Shown: positions 1 to 11,810 of the stretch, one piece after another
How the letters are laid out: every line of letters begins with the position of its first letter
How positions within the stretch are numbered: position 1 is the first letter of the stretch
Source of the DNA: Felis catus
Lineage: Eukaryota
Length of the DNA: 64,000 bases
Assembly: GCF_018350175.1 (NCBI RefSeq)
Contig: NC_058373.1
Location: 106,766,001 to 106,830,000, forward strand
Direction: 5' to 3'
The notes under the pieces: generated by a model
Told to the model about the DNA's origin: nothing
What the model saw: only the letters and a program-made list of their open reading frames with translations
The model's database searches: none
Program-made: the position numbers and the translations under genes

Positions 1-53
1 CTGAGCTGAAGTCAAGAGCCTGATGCTCAACGACTGAGTCACCCAGGTGCCCC
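1..53 (-). mobile_element. Can-SINE 5' part (cut by window edge)
   Basis: Reverse complement of the SINE head GGGGCACCTGGGTGACTCAGTCGTTGAGCATC. Confidence 0.8.
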
Positions 54-59
54 ACACAC

Positions 60-254
60 CTCTGATTTTAGATCATAAACATTAAAATCAGGAAATCAGT
101 TTACTGTTTTAGTCAAACAAGTCTAAAACCTAACTGTCGGGTTAACAGTACCAGCTCTGATTTTAGATCATAAACATTAAAATCAGGAAATCAGTTTACT
201 GTTTTAGTCAAACAAGTCTAAAACCTAACTGTCGTGTTAACAGTACAAGCTCTG
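60..254. repeat. 95-bp direct tandem duplication
   Basis: ctctgattttagatcataaac...gttaacagtac at 60-154 and 155-249, 2 mismatches; CTCTG at all three junctions. Confidence 0.95.
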
Positions 255-866
255 GACTGCCAGGGTTCAAATCCCAGCTCCATCACACACAGCAATGAAA
301 TGCCCCCATGTGAGAACTTGGTGCCTTAATGTTCACAACTGGAAAACTGGATTAATAACAAAACCTCCCTCAAAGCATTGTTGAGAAAAGTAAGTTAGTA
401 AGTAAAGTATCCCGAGCAGTATCTGACATATACTCAGTGCTTAATAAAATGTCAACTCATTATTGCTAAAAGTGTTTAACAAATAGACTTTTCAGCAGCA
501 AAACATAGAATATTCTCCCAATAATGTATGTTCTAATTTCTCTAGCAAGGGGCCATGGGGTTACTAACCATAAAGACTTTATATGTTTTTATTATTCCCT
601 ATGTGCTTAAACACATTACCTTATTAAAACCCTTACAAGAAATTCATGAAATAAGAATTATCTCAATTTTATAAAAAAGGAAGCTGAGGATTACAGACAT
701 TAATTTACCTCACTAGACTGTAAATTCCCTTAAAACTGGGACCCTATCTGCCTTGTTCACTATTCAGTGCCTAGCACAGAGACTGGAATATAGAAAGAAC
801 TCCATCAATAACTATTCAGTAAACACCCAACAACCCTAGGAGAGCTGGGACATAAACCCAGGTACA

Positions 867-1092
867 GGGCCACCAGGGTGGTTCAGTCAGTTAAGCATCC
901 AACTCTTGATACCAGCTCAGGTCATGATCTCACTGTTCATGAGTTCAAGCACCTCATCAGGCTCTCTGCTGACAGAGTGGAACCTGCATGGCATTCTCTA
1001 TCTCCCTCTCTCCCTCCCTCAGTGGTGGTCTCTCTTGCATGCATGCTCTCTCTTTCTCTCTCTCAAAATAAATAAATAAGCTTTAAAAAAAA
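867..1092 (+). mobile_element. Can-SINE
   Basis: tRNA-like head, CT-rich tract, A tail; flanking cccaggtaca repeat. Confidence 0.85.
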
Positions 1093-1172
1093 TCCCAGGT
1101 ACATTTAGCTCCAAAGTCCACACCCTGACCACTAGCCTATGGTGCTCACATTTTAAAATGATCAATATTTTA

Positions 1173-1293
1173 TTTTATTTTATTTTTTAGTTTATTTATT
1201 TATTTTGAGAGAGAGGGAGAGAGAATGCCAAGCAGGCTCTGTGCCGTCAGCACAGAGCCAGACATGGGGCTCGATTTTACAAACTGTGAGAAT
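1173..1293 (-). mobile_element. 5'-truncated Can-SINE with 15-bp TSD
   Basis: SINE 3' half only; TSD atgatcaatatttta at 1158-1172 and 1294-1308. Confidence 0.85.
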
Positions 1294-1824
1294 ATGATCA
1301 ATATTTTAAAACCCAACTGTTTCTTAGCCATTCAAGAAACTATAGCTTGTCTTCAGTTAAAAGGTTTCATGTAAATATCTGAACTAAGGTTGCAACCATC
1401 CTGAATACTATGTCTAGGCTGTAATTCTTTCCCATCACATGATGTACTTTTACAGAAATGCACAAGCGAGAACTTCATCAGGAATGGTAGAGTGTATATT
1501 CAGATAATAATCATTTACTCATTCACTGACTACTCACTGTTCCAAAGTTCTGCAATACTCAGTCTACAGGGTGACTCTAGTTGTTTGTAACTATTTACTA
1601 ACTTGCATAGAATAAAAATTTCTCCATTTTCACACCAATAAGCAAATATTACTTAAAACCAACAATGAAAACCCCTTAGCTCAGGTGTACCTTAGTACAC
1701 CTGCACTTCTGGCCCCTTTCTTCCCACCGTGGAGAGGAAAACTTTTGTATTTAGCACCAACTCTTGTTTACCAATTCCACAGAATATAGCATAAATCATG
1801 GTCTCCCCTACAGAGTCTCTGAAA

Positions 1825-2870
1825 GCAGATCCTCAGAGCTGGAAGGAAACTTAGCAGTTCAACCCCCAACCCAGTTTGAGAATTCTCTCAAGGCGCGGAC
1901 TAATGTCTACTTAATTCCCTCACAGAATGAGGAAGTTAGTTATCTCCAAAGCACCCCCTCCTTTTTAGACTAGTCTAATCATTCAAGGGGGGCGAGAATT
2001 TTTTTTTTTTTTGAGAGACAGAGAGAGAGAGAGAGAGAAAGAAAAGAGAGAGCATGAGAAGGGAAGAGGGGCACAGGGAGATAGAGAGAATCTTAAACAG
2101 GCTCCACGCTCAGCACGGAGCCCCACACAGGGCTCGTTCCCATGACCCTTGGATCATGACTGAGCTGAAATCAAGAGTTGGATGCTCAACTGACTGAGCC
2201 ACCCAAGCATCCCAAGGATTCTTTCTTCTACTGTGATATACCTTCAATTTCTGCTACCCAGCAGCAGTCAGCAGAAGTTCCGCCTTGTGGTAACAGAAAG
2301 AATAAATCAGGCCTGCCTCACACATGACAATCCCTTGTATATTTGAAGACAGCTGACGTGTCTTCCCTAAATCCTCTCTCATCATCTCTTGCTTCTCTAA
2401 GGCTAAACACCTCCAGTGTCTATGACCTTCCCTCAGATGACATGGCCTCAGGTTTCCTCACTCTTTGGCTCACACCCCACTGCACAAACTCTAGCTGGTC
2501 AATGTTCCTATTGAAGAGAACTAGCCGCAGAAGGATCCAGGATTCCCGTGGGGTCTGGACAATGGCTGGTTGAGCCACTGCGGTATCCCCAGTGTGCAGC
2601 ACAGAGGCCAGCACAGACAAGCCTTTATTCAGAAGACATCTGTTGTGGACTGCTATTCGTTGCTTCAGGGACTACATGCCTCCCAGGCTTGCCTAATCTT
2701 TTCTGGCAGTCATTTCACAGTTCACTCCTATCGAGGTTACTGCCAACAAAAACCCGAGTTTTCCCCAGATGTGCTGCTGCTGGAAACTTTTCCTGCTCTG
2801 GACTTGTGCCATGGATTTTTCTGGATCTACGTGCAGTATCTATGATTAGTCACCCTTAGATTTCACCATG
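1825..2870 (-). mobile_element. Ancient L3/CR1 LINE remnant, interrupted by a SINE
   Basis: Resembles recalled L3 consensus (ttgaagacagct...ttctctaaggctaaacacctccagt...tcagatgacatgg...gtcaatgttcctattgaag). Confidence 0.6.
1999..2213 (-). mobile_element. Can-SINE
   Basis: Poly-T, (GA)n, reverse head ...ctgagccacccaagcatccc. Confidence 0.85.
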
Positions 2871-3000
2871 TAAGATATACGCTTGGGAACATGGAGAGTT
2901 TCTTTAGGAGGATATGTGAAAGCAGAAATGTTGGTTGCCTCCAGAGAGGCATACTTGGTGGCTGGGGGCAACTTTTCACCATAAGTCCTTTTGTACCTTT

Positions 3001-3211
3001 ATTTTCTTTTAAGTTTATTTATTTATTTTTGAAAGACAGAGAGCGCAAGTGGGGGCAGGGCAGAGAGAGAGAGGGAGAGAGACAATCCCAAGCAGGTTCC
3101 ACACTGTCAGTCAGGAGCCCAATGTGGGGCTCGAACTCACACACCGTGAGATCGTGACCCAAGCAGAAACCAAGAGTTGGATGCTTAACCAACTGAGCCA
3201 CCCAGGTGCCC
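3001..3211 (-). mobile_element. Can-SINE
   Basis: tttatttatttttga...ctgagccacccaggtgcccc. Confidence 0.9.
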
Positions 3212-3492
3212 CTCCTTTTGTGTCTTTAAATTCTGTAGTATATAAGAATATTGTCTATTTTTTAAAGTGACAAAAATAATAAACCTATGGAGAAGACAAG
3301 GAGGATTTATTTAAAAAAATTTTTTTTTTTTTTTTTACCTTAATAGAGTCTGCCTATCTTTCCAATCTAAACCGTTTTGGGAACCTGATGGGAACCTGAG
3401 TGTATCTCCATGTTCCTTTAAATTTGTTTCATTATCACCACCCCCCAACCTCCAGTAGTCTTTCTAGTCATTTTTTTCTTAAAAACTCCCCC

Positions 3493-3703
3493 AGGGGCAC
3501 CTGGGTGGCTCAGTCGGTTAAGCGTCCGACTTCGGCTCAGGTCATGATCTCACGGTCCATGAGTTTGAGCCCCGCGTCGGGCTCTGTGCTGACAGCTCAG
3601 AGCCTGGAGCCTGTTTCAGATTCTGTGTCTCCCTCTCTCTCTGACCCTCCCCCGTTCATGCTCTGTCTCTCTCTGTCTCAAAAATAAATAAACATTAAAA
3701 AAC
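3493..3703 (+). mobile_element. Can-SINE (felid type)
   Basis: ggggcacctgggtggctcagtcggttaagcgtccgacttcggctcagg...; TSD-like aaaaactc(c/a)ccca on both sides. Confidence 0.9.
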
Positions 3704-4696
3704 TCACCCAATGAAATTGTAACTCCAGATACACTGTGTACCTCACATATATCTGTGCTTTATACATAAAAGGAGTTCTAGAAAGCTTACTCTTCAGTCA
3801 ATGCAGGTTTAAGAATGACTAAATTTAAAAATGAAGTTAAAAGTTAAATTAAAATTTAAAATTTAAAAGCCATCACCATTTAACATTACAACTTTATTTG
3901 CTGAATAACTTTTAATGTGATTTATTTACTTAGATAAATGACAATGTATCAAATTAATATGCAAATTAGTCAATTACAAGTAAATAATAATAGCAATGTA
4001 ATTAAATGCATCTTAAAATCCTTCAAAACTATTTTTCCAGCCAAAGTAAAACACTGAAAAAATTAAGTGAATTTCTTAAAAATTATTTTTGGTCACCTTA
4101 ACTTTCAGTTTTTGCTTGATATGCGATAACCTGTAATTTAACTAGCTATTAGATATTCATTCAGACATTGTCTCAACGTTTTCCCTTTTCAGCACTTGAC
4201 ATGACTAACGGATCAAATAACTTCTACAGAATTAAGTTTTAAAAAGAAATTATTTGTATGTAATTCTCAAAGTCCAAGTTAACATAAAAGCACTCAGGAT
4301 CAAATGTAAATATCCACAAAGTAGCCACAAGGCAGCCATCAGGCAAGAGAAGGTCTGATCAAAAGAGGGTCTGACAATCCCAGCCATCTATCTGCCTGCC
4401 ACACGTTGACTTTGCACAGGTGTAGTGTATTTTCCATGAACTCAATAATGTCAGCACTCCAGATGTTACACCCAAGAAAATGCAACGAGAGAAATGAAAT
4501 ACTAAGGAATAAGATTTTGTCAGGTACAGTTGAGCTTTGAAGGGACACAAAACATGTACCATCTAAGTTTTTGTTGGTTGGTTGGTTGGTTTGTTGTTGG
4601 TCCTCAAGAACCTGTTTTGACATCCTTGAAAGCCATATGGCTCCCCTTCCCTCCCAGACCCGTTTTGAAAGCAAAGTCTATCTTCTGAACTGCTAG

Positions 4697-4856
4697 CTAT
4701 CACTTCCAAGTAAACTTCCTCACGTGCTTTTTGGGTATTTTCACACAGGAAACTAGGTCCAGGGAAAGTCCACTTCCTATCACTTCCAAGTAAACTTCCT
4801 CACGTGCTTTTTGGGTATTTTCACACAGGAAACTAGGTCCAGGGAAAGTCCACGTC
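4697..4856. repeat. 80-bp direct tandem duplication
   Basis: ctatcacttccaagtaaacttcctcacgtg...agggaaagtccac(t/g)tc at 4697-4776 and 4777-4856, 1 mismatch. Confidence 0.97.
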
Positions 4857-5259
4857 CCTGAGCCCTTATGGATCCAAAGCCTAGCTCTGGCTGGGTCATT
4901 TAATGTCTCTGAATACTGGTTTCCCTACCTGGAAAATAAGATCAATAACGCCTGCTTTGTAAGTCTCTGTAAAGGCTGGAGGTCGCGTGTGTAAAGGGCG
5001 GTGCCCATTGCTTTTAGCGCAAAGAATGCAGTAGTAAACGACGACCAAATTTCAAGCAGGGCACAGATGAAAGTGGGATAGGCAGAATGCCCCTCAATGT
5101 GCCTGTAATGATCTATCTCGGGGCAAAATGCCAATCCAGGTCTTTCTAGGGGGATAAGTCGGTAGGTAGGTAACTCCGGGTTATTTCATTTTATTTCACA
5201 ACTCAGAATGAGGGAACAACTTCAGGATGTAGAAAAACCGAGCTCCAGTTCTCGAAAGG

Positions 5260-6090
5260 AGGCTCCCGTACAAACTCAGGGGACTGGCAGTGTTTCTCGG
5301 TATCGTCGTCCGCGCACGCAGCAGCAGAAGCCCTGGGAGCCTGATTAAGAACTTCCAGCACTCAGGGCGCCCCGCCCATTCCAGCGCCCTCTGACTTTGG
5401 CAACCAGGCGTGTCCTCCCTGACCCGGACGAAAGACAAAGGGGCAGACCCGCCTTCTGGGCCCCGGCTTTTTCCTCCCCCACCGGCAGTCCCAGGGAAAG
5501 GCGCGGAAGCTCCACGCCACCCGGAGGGAGGCGGGGACAGCGGGGACGGGCGCCCGGAGCCCGACCTCCCACTCTGGAGGCGCGGCTGCGGGTCCTCACC
5601 TGGGCGTCGCCCCTGCCACTCGGCCCACAGCAGGGTCAGGTCGCCATCCGCCCGCAGGAAGCGCAGCAGCTGCACCACGAGCGCGAGAAGCGCGCACAGC
5701 GCCAGCAGCCAGAGCAGCAACTCCCAGCTCATCGCGGCCGCGCAAGCCCGGCCCTGCCTGGGGAAACACAGAACCCGTACGAGCCGCGGCGCGGCGCACG
5801 GAAATCTGCCCGGCCGCCTCCTAGCGGGCCGGAGAGCCGCACCGCCCCGGCTCCGCCCAGAGAGTGGACAGGAGGGAGGGACGGTCTGGGCGCGCCGCAC
5901 CACCCGGCTGGGAGCCGCGCCCCGGGCCGCGTGGAGGGGGCGGGAAAAGCCCGCACGCCCCGCCCAGTGCCCCGTGCCCCGCAACTGCTGAGCCTGCTTC
6001 GCCTGCGTGTACGCCTAAGGAAGGGTTGCTGCTGAGACGCCAGGCGTGGGTGACTTAAAGACTCGGCGGCACTGCTGTTACTACCGTAGC
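5260..6090 (-). promoter_or_regulatory. DHRS7: CpG island / DHRS7 promoter
   Basis: The only strongly GC- and CpG-rich stretch in the window; it spans exon 1. GC boxes GGGGCGGG (~5937-5944) and CGCCCCGCCC (5956-5965), E2F-type GGCGGGAAA (5939-5947), ETS-like CGGAAAT (5799-5805). No TATA box evident. Confidence 0.85.
5600..5732 (-). CDS. DHRS7: DHRS7 (dehydrogenase/reductase SDR family member 7) coding exon 1: N-terminal hydrophobic signal/anchor
   Basis: Translation MSWELLLWLLALCALLALVVQLLRFLRADGDLTLLWAEWQGRRP matches the recalled mammalian DHRS7 N-terminus (human MNWELLLWLLVLCALLLLLVQLLRFLRADGDLTLLWAEWQGRRPE). ATG at 5732-5730 in context GCCGCG-ATG. 44 codons + 1 nt, then donor CAG|GTGAGG (GT at 5599-5598), where similarity stops. 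Confidence 0.95.
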
Positions 6091-8209
6091 CACAAGGTTT
6101 GTAATATCAAGAAGGATTAACAGTTGTTTTGAGGGGATATAGTTCCAAGTCTCGGGTTGTGTCAAAAGGAAGAGCACAAAGAGTCCAACCTATGAATGCG
6201 ACTTCCTCCGTCCTCATCTTTCTTAACTAAATAAACCCAACAAACTATCAAACTGTTTTCCACCCCACCCCCCATTAACCGGGTCTCTGGAGTTGGCCCC
6301 TTGATTTAAATACGGAAAACAATGTTGCATAAGACACTTGCCTTCTTGCTGGAGGAGAAAGTGCAGTTTCGGCCAAGATTGTCCATGAGCACCAGCTCTA
6401 GGAGCAGGATTGGAGACCTGAGCCAAGCTGGTTCCGTCCTCAGCAACCCTAAGTAAATTATTTATTTGTATGTACTCACAAACAGTAGGGAGGTTTAAAT
6501 AAAAAAATGTAAAGGGCACAGTAGTTCATACACAATAATTCATTCTTTTATAATTAGGAGAATTCATTCTCATTTATTATTTATTGTTTCCATTATAATC
6601 ATCACATCTTAGAGTCCAGCCTGAAAGACAAGGGTTTTGTTTATAAACTTCTATATCCTGGACCTATAGAATTACCCTTGCATGTGAAAGCAGTAAGAAT
6701 GTTTAAATTGTGATGATATGGTTCTGATTCTCCGAGGAAGATGTACACTAACTAAACTTGGATCTTGGCTGATTGTTTACCTCTCTTATAACTTGGTATA
6801 ATATTGCTCAAGAGCTGACCTCTTAACTTGTTACCTTTGCAATATGGGTTTTATTTTTCTTGTGATAAGTGAGTTTTAAAATAAGGTGCTTAAAAATACC
6901 ACACTGAGTCTCACTCCCATGAAAAAATTCCAAGAGTTTTCTCTGAGCTTGTTTCCCCTTCTGTAAAATGTAAGGACTGAATTAGATTTGGTGTCCCAAG
7001 CCAGACCATGCCATGTATGTATACCTGGATTCTCCATCACACACTCCAGCTTTGGGGAGGCTGAAAGGGGAACAGAGCTGTTTCCATGGAGAATTGTAAC
7101 TAATACACAAACTATCATAAAACCACACGGTCTTTTCACCTCACTAGCACTTCTTGCACTGGAAAATGAAAACAAATTAATATACAAAATTTCAATATCA
7201 CATATTTCATCTTACCTGAAAAGAAGCATCATTCATTTTGGAATTCAATTAGATGTTTATTAAAGAATCAGTCACGGTGATCAGAAAAGCAACAGTTAGA
7301 GCTAGTATCTTTGCAGTGCATAATTATCCTGTTCACCGGTGGGAAAAATCCAACCTCAGAATATGCTGCTTCTGGTGAAGACACTCAGCAAGTTGTTAGT
7401 TATCACAGTAGCATCTGTCAGGATTACCTCTTCCCATTTTGCACGGAATGTATCTCAAAACTTGGAACCAAAGTACTCAAAGCAAATGAAAGACAGATGA
7501 ATAAATAAAGGGACTCCCCAGAGGCTCCAGAGGCAGAAGAGGCAGAGCAGTGGAACCCTGGCCTTTCCTGGATTAGTCCATTCAGGAGCAGACAGAATTT
7601 CAACCAGTCATAAAACTCCAATAATAAAAAAAACAAAACTGATTCAAATATAAGCTACATTCTTTCCTCTATGACCAGAGAAACTTAACTGAGTCAAGGA
7701 GAAAAGCACTCTCAGCTGGGCCCCTCCTTCATTCCCATTTGGAAAGAGCTTTGGCTGCTCCCTCTGCACACATCTTGGTGTTTTTTCATGAAGCCAAGGC
7801 AGCGCTGAAGTAAAGTGACCATCAAGTAAGTCCCCAGGAGCCGAAGCAATGGCCCCTCAGGACAGGGTCCTTTTACAGAGAAAAAAGATGAACACCACAT
7901 GCTGTATTTCAGCAGTACCTTACAATGTGATTCTGACAGCACACAGACTTACTCTTAGCTGAACTGTTTTGGCAAACCAAATCTTAGTTTGGTGCTAAAT
8001 ATCCTTGTCCCAAAGCCGTGATTTACATCCCAAAGTAAACAGCACAATTAAAAACAGAGAGAATAAATAAATAGATAAATAAACAGTATAATCAAAACAC
8101 CACTAATTACACAAAATATCAAGATATTATTCTTGGTTAATTTCCACTAGAAATGAGCTTCGAAACAATTGCTTCCTACTAAATGCCTACATGTGTTAGA
8201 ATTAAGAAC

Positions 8210-8384
8210 TTTTTTTGATGTTTATTTATTTTCAGAGAGAGGATCATGTGAGCAGAGGAGGGGCAGTCAATAGGGAGAGAGAGAATGCCAAGCAGGAGCT
8301 TGGGATCCCATGAACCACGAGATCATGACCTGAGCTGAAATCAAGAGTTGTCCACTCAACCGACTGAGCTACTCAGGAACCCCC
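8210..8384 (-). mobile_element. Can-SINE (internally deleted)
   Basis: Reverse SINE head and tail; flanked by tagaattaagaa on both sides. Confidence 0.8.
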
Positions 8385-9278
8385 TAGAATTAAGAATTTA
8401 AAAACAAGAGGGTTTTCAATCCACAAGCCTCATAGGGCCCAGGTAGAGTGCATAGAAATTAGGTCATGGCTGAGAATAATGGATGGTCAAATGGAGAACA
8501 TGCTAGGTGTTGATGCAGTAGAACCTACATCCTCTCTAATTTCTGAAATACCTTGTATGCTCTGATGTCAAAGGCTGTTCCTTGGCATAAGCCAAATATA
8601 ACTGTAAAACAGTGATGAAAGTAAAAGACAGCGGCTCCCCTCTGCAATGTTTTATTTTCCAGTCTTGCCTACCATGCTTCCCCTTTCTTTTGTCTTGAAA
8701 TGTTTGAAGAATGTTACTTGCAATAATTAAGTTTCCTTAAACAGCCCTTCCTTCTCCCTTTCCAATCTTATTGCAAACCCCCACCCCAGCTCCCCACTCC
8801 CATCCCCCTCTAGAAAGATTTTTGTGGCTCTCCGGAGACATAATCATCCCTTACCTAGTCTCACCTCTTTTTAGAATTACTTCTGATGGGAATGACATCT
8901 GATATCTCTAATTATTTTCAGGGCTAATATATTATTGCTCTAATGAAACTTTAAGCTCCTTGAGATCAAGTAGCAAAGCTAATGCTTCTTTTGAAAAGTC
9001 CCAGTACTTAGTTTAGTGTTGATGCAACAAATGATAAGCCCACATTGAATTGAATTCTCTTTTCCTTGAAAGTTAAACTTCCTTGAAGTTCTGAAATAAA
9101 GTTGGTATTAGAATAAAAGTTGCTAGAACTTAACAAATAATCTTCCTGAGTGTCACTAAAATGCTTTGAATAAAGCTCCAACCAAGGCCTTTTGTATAAT
9201 TGGTACCCTTTAAATTTCGGCTGTGATAGAACGGTACCCCCTTCTTTCCTTTTAGTAATGGTCATAATGGTCACTTTT

Positions 9279-9467
9279 GGGGCACCTGGGTGGCTCAGTC
9301 AGTTAAGCGTCCGACTTCGGCTCAGGTCACGATCTTGCAGTTTGTGAATTCAAGCCCCATGTCAGGCTCTGTGCTGACAGCTCAGAGCCTTGATCCTGCT
9401 TCAGATTCTGTGCCTCCCTCTCTCTCTCTGACCCTCTCCTGCTCACACTCTGTCCCTCCCTCCCTCC

Positions 9468-9507
<40 letters not shown>

Positions 9508-9753
9508 ATTAAACATTAAAAATTTTTTTTTGTTGGGGGGCACCTCTGTGGCTCAGTCAGTTAAGCATCCGACTTCAGCTCAGGTCATGATCTCACAGTC
9601 CGTGAGTTCGAGCCCCGCGTTGGGCTCTGTGCTGACAGCTCAGAGCCTGGAGCCTGCTTCAAATTCTGTGTCTCCCTCTCTCTGCCCCTCCCCTGCTCAT
9701 GCTCTGTCTTTCTCTGTCTCAAATAAAAACATTACAAAAAAAATTTTTTTTAA
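9279..9753 (+). mobile_element. Two head-to-tail Can-SINEs inside one 16-bp TSD pair
   Basis: Heads at ~9279 and ~9536; TSD ataatggtcacttttg at 9264-9279 and 9754-9769. Confidence 0.9.
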
Positions 9754-10059
9754 ATAATGGTCACTTTTGATGGTATGGGCTGAGGCCTACTGAAGTCAAC
9801 CAGGATGAAAGCAGTTGTGTGTAAGAAACTCTCACTTTCCATAATAAAAGGGCATATAAAAATAACTTTAAAAACCCAGATCCTCCATTATTGGCAATTC
9901 TGGGGGATGAAAAAAAAAAAGACCCTATGAGTGGAAACAGGGACTAAGGAAGTCTGGGAGAAGAATATTCTTCATGAAGAACAAGAAAGGATTTGTGGGT
10001 TTTGATTGGGGATATTATCACAACCTTCTAGATACTTTTGAAATTTTGTTGGATGTGCT

Positions 10060-10275
10060 TTGTTTTATTTTTCTTTCTCTCTCTCTCTCTCTCTCTTTTT
10101 TAGAGTGTGAGTATGAACTGGGGAGAGGGGAAGAGGGAGAGAGAGAGGGAATCTTAAGCAGGCTCTATGCTCAGCACAGAGCCCAATGCGGGGCTCGATC
10201 CCACAACCATGGGATCATGACTTGAGCCAAAATCAAGAGTCGGATGCTCAACTGACTGAACCACCCAGGCACCCC
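10060..10275 (-). mobile_element. Can-SINE
   Basis: Reverse head ...ccacccaggcacccc; GA-rich body. Confidence 0.85.
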
Positions 10276-10861
10276 AAGATATGCTTTTTTTTCATAGTGC
10301 CAGGTGGCCTAAGGCCAGGAGTTCTAAAGATCTGGACAGCATGTAAAGGCATAACCAACAAGAATTGTCTGGCCTCAAAAGCCCACAGTGTTCTTGTACA
10401 GAAATCTTGTAGCCATTGTGGACAAGTGCTCCTTGATCTATTCCCTGCTTAATGGAAGCATTCCTGCATCCCTCTGCATCTGTTTGCCTATACTCCATAT
10501 ATAAGCATTCAGGTCATTGTTTAGTGTTCTGATATTCTGCAGGCAGACATGGTCTTACTTGAATAGTCTTCTGTCTCATACAAATTATTTATATTTAGTA
10601 ATCTTACGGGATTCCTCAATAAGAAAATTTCACTGCCCTGTTGGCCGCATGTAGTTTTGCATGTCACTGAATTGATTGTCTCTTGAGATGAGCAGATTTC
10701 CACATTATCTCGACTCTCTTAAACATGAACAGTTCACTATATTATTCTCTCACTCCCTCTCTTTCTCTGTCTCAGTCCCTGCCCCCTTCTGTCTCATTAA
10801 ATGCTTCATTTTAAGTTTCCCCTTACATATAAGCAGTAAATTTTTTTTGTTTCCTGTTACC

Positions 10862-11039
10862 TTTTTTAAGAGAGAAAGAGTAGGGGAAGGGGACAGAAAG
10901 TGACAGAGAGAGAGAGAAGGAATCTTAAGCAGGCTCCATGCTCAGTCTGACATGGAGCTCTATCCCACAATCCTGGGATCATGACTTGAGCTGGAATCAA
11001 GAGTCAGACACTAAATGGACTGAGCCACCCAGGTGCCCC
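10862..11039 (-). mobile_element. Can-SINE
   Basis: Reverse head ...ctgagccacccaggtgcccc. Confidence 0.85.
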
Positions 11040-11338
11040 TAGCAGTAAATGTTCTAATCAGTGGTGGTGGTTACTCAAATCTACACATGTGATAAAATTG
11101 CATAGAACTATACGCAATGCACATACACCTACACATAGATATATATGTGTGAAGCTGGTGACATTTTAATAAAGTCTATAAATAGTGCTAACCACAATTT
11201 CTGGATCTGTTATTCTGAAATTATATGAAATGTTACCAGTGGGGAACATGGAATGAAGAATACACAGGACCTTTCTGTACCATTTTTGCAACTTCCTGTA
11301 AATCTCTAATTATTTTAAAGTAGGAATAATTTGTTCCT

Positions 11339-11560
11339 AGGTGGCACCTAGGTGGCTCAGTCGGTTGAGCATCCGACTTCAGCTCAGGTCATTATTCAGT
11401 GCTCTTTGAGTTCAAGCTCCACATTGGGCTCTGTGCTAACAGCTCAGAGCCTGCAGTCTGCTTAGGATTCTGTGTCTCCCTCTCTCTCTGCCCCTTCCCC
11501 GCTCATGCTCTGTCTCTCTCTCCTTCAAAAAATAAAATAAACATTAAAAAAATTTTTAAT
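11339..11560 (+). mobile_element. Can-SINE
   Basis: Head, CT tract, A tail; flanking taaagtag(g/a)aataatttgtt repeat. Confidence 0.85.
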
Positions 11561-11730
11561 GCTTTAAAGTAGAAATAATTTGTTATTACAAGGTGCTTGC
11601 ACTACCTGTGAAACAAAATAGTGTTATTTGAAAGTAGGCTTGGATTAATTATAAATGTATATTGCAACTTCTAGGGCAACCACTTAAAAAAGGAAATAAA
11701 GAGTATAATTGATATGCTAAGAAAGGAGAG

Positions 11731-11767
11731 TGTATTAGTCACAGCTCCAGAGAAACAGAACCAGTAA

Positions 11768-11810
<43 letters not shown>

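Larger units (their letters stand above)
1..5599 (-). other. DHRS7: DHRS7 intron 1 (partial; exon 2 is outside the window)
   Basis: Begins at the GT donor (5599). No sequence encoding the expected continuation (EWELTDMVVWVTGASSGIG-like) was seen in 1-5599. Confidence 0.85.

Noticed and set aside
3493..3570. tRNA-like A/B-box sequences at many positions
   Set aside because: They are heads of tRNA-derived Can-SINEs followed by CT tracts and A tails, not tRNA genes.
60..4856. Direct repeats as a possible CRISPR-like or other prokaryotic system
   Set aside because: Only two adjacent copies each with no spacers; mammalian context and no cas-like or operon-like ORFs.
5381..5400. Partial CTCF-like motif (minus strand AAGTCAGAGGGCGCTGG)
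   Set aside because: Lacks the 5' CCAS part of the core and lies in a CpG island where such partial matches are common.
5196..6058. Several long overlapping ORFs (262, 212 and 193 aa) across the promoter, including an 84-codon in-frame extension upstream of the DHRS7 ATG
   Set aside because: Stop-poor GC-rich CpG island; the 262-aa ORF starts at TTG and has low-complexity R/G/A/P composition. Only 5600-5732 matches a known protein and has a splice donor.
9290..9757. Recurring short ORFs of the type [16 protein letters not shown]...
   Set aside because: Translations of SINE copies, not a gene family.
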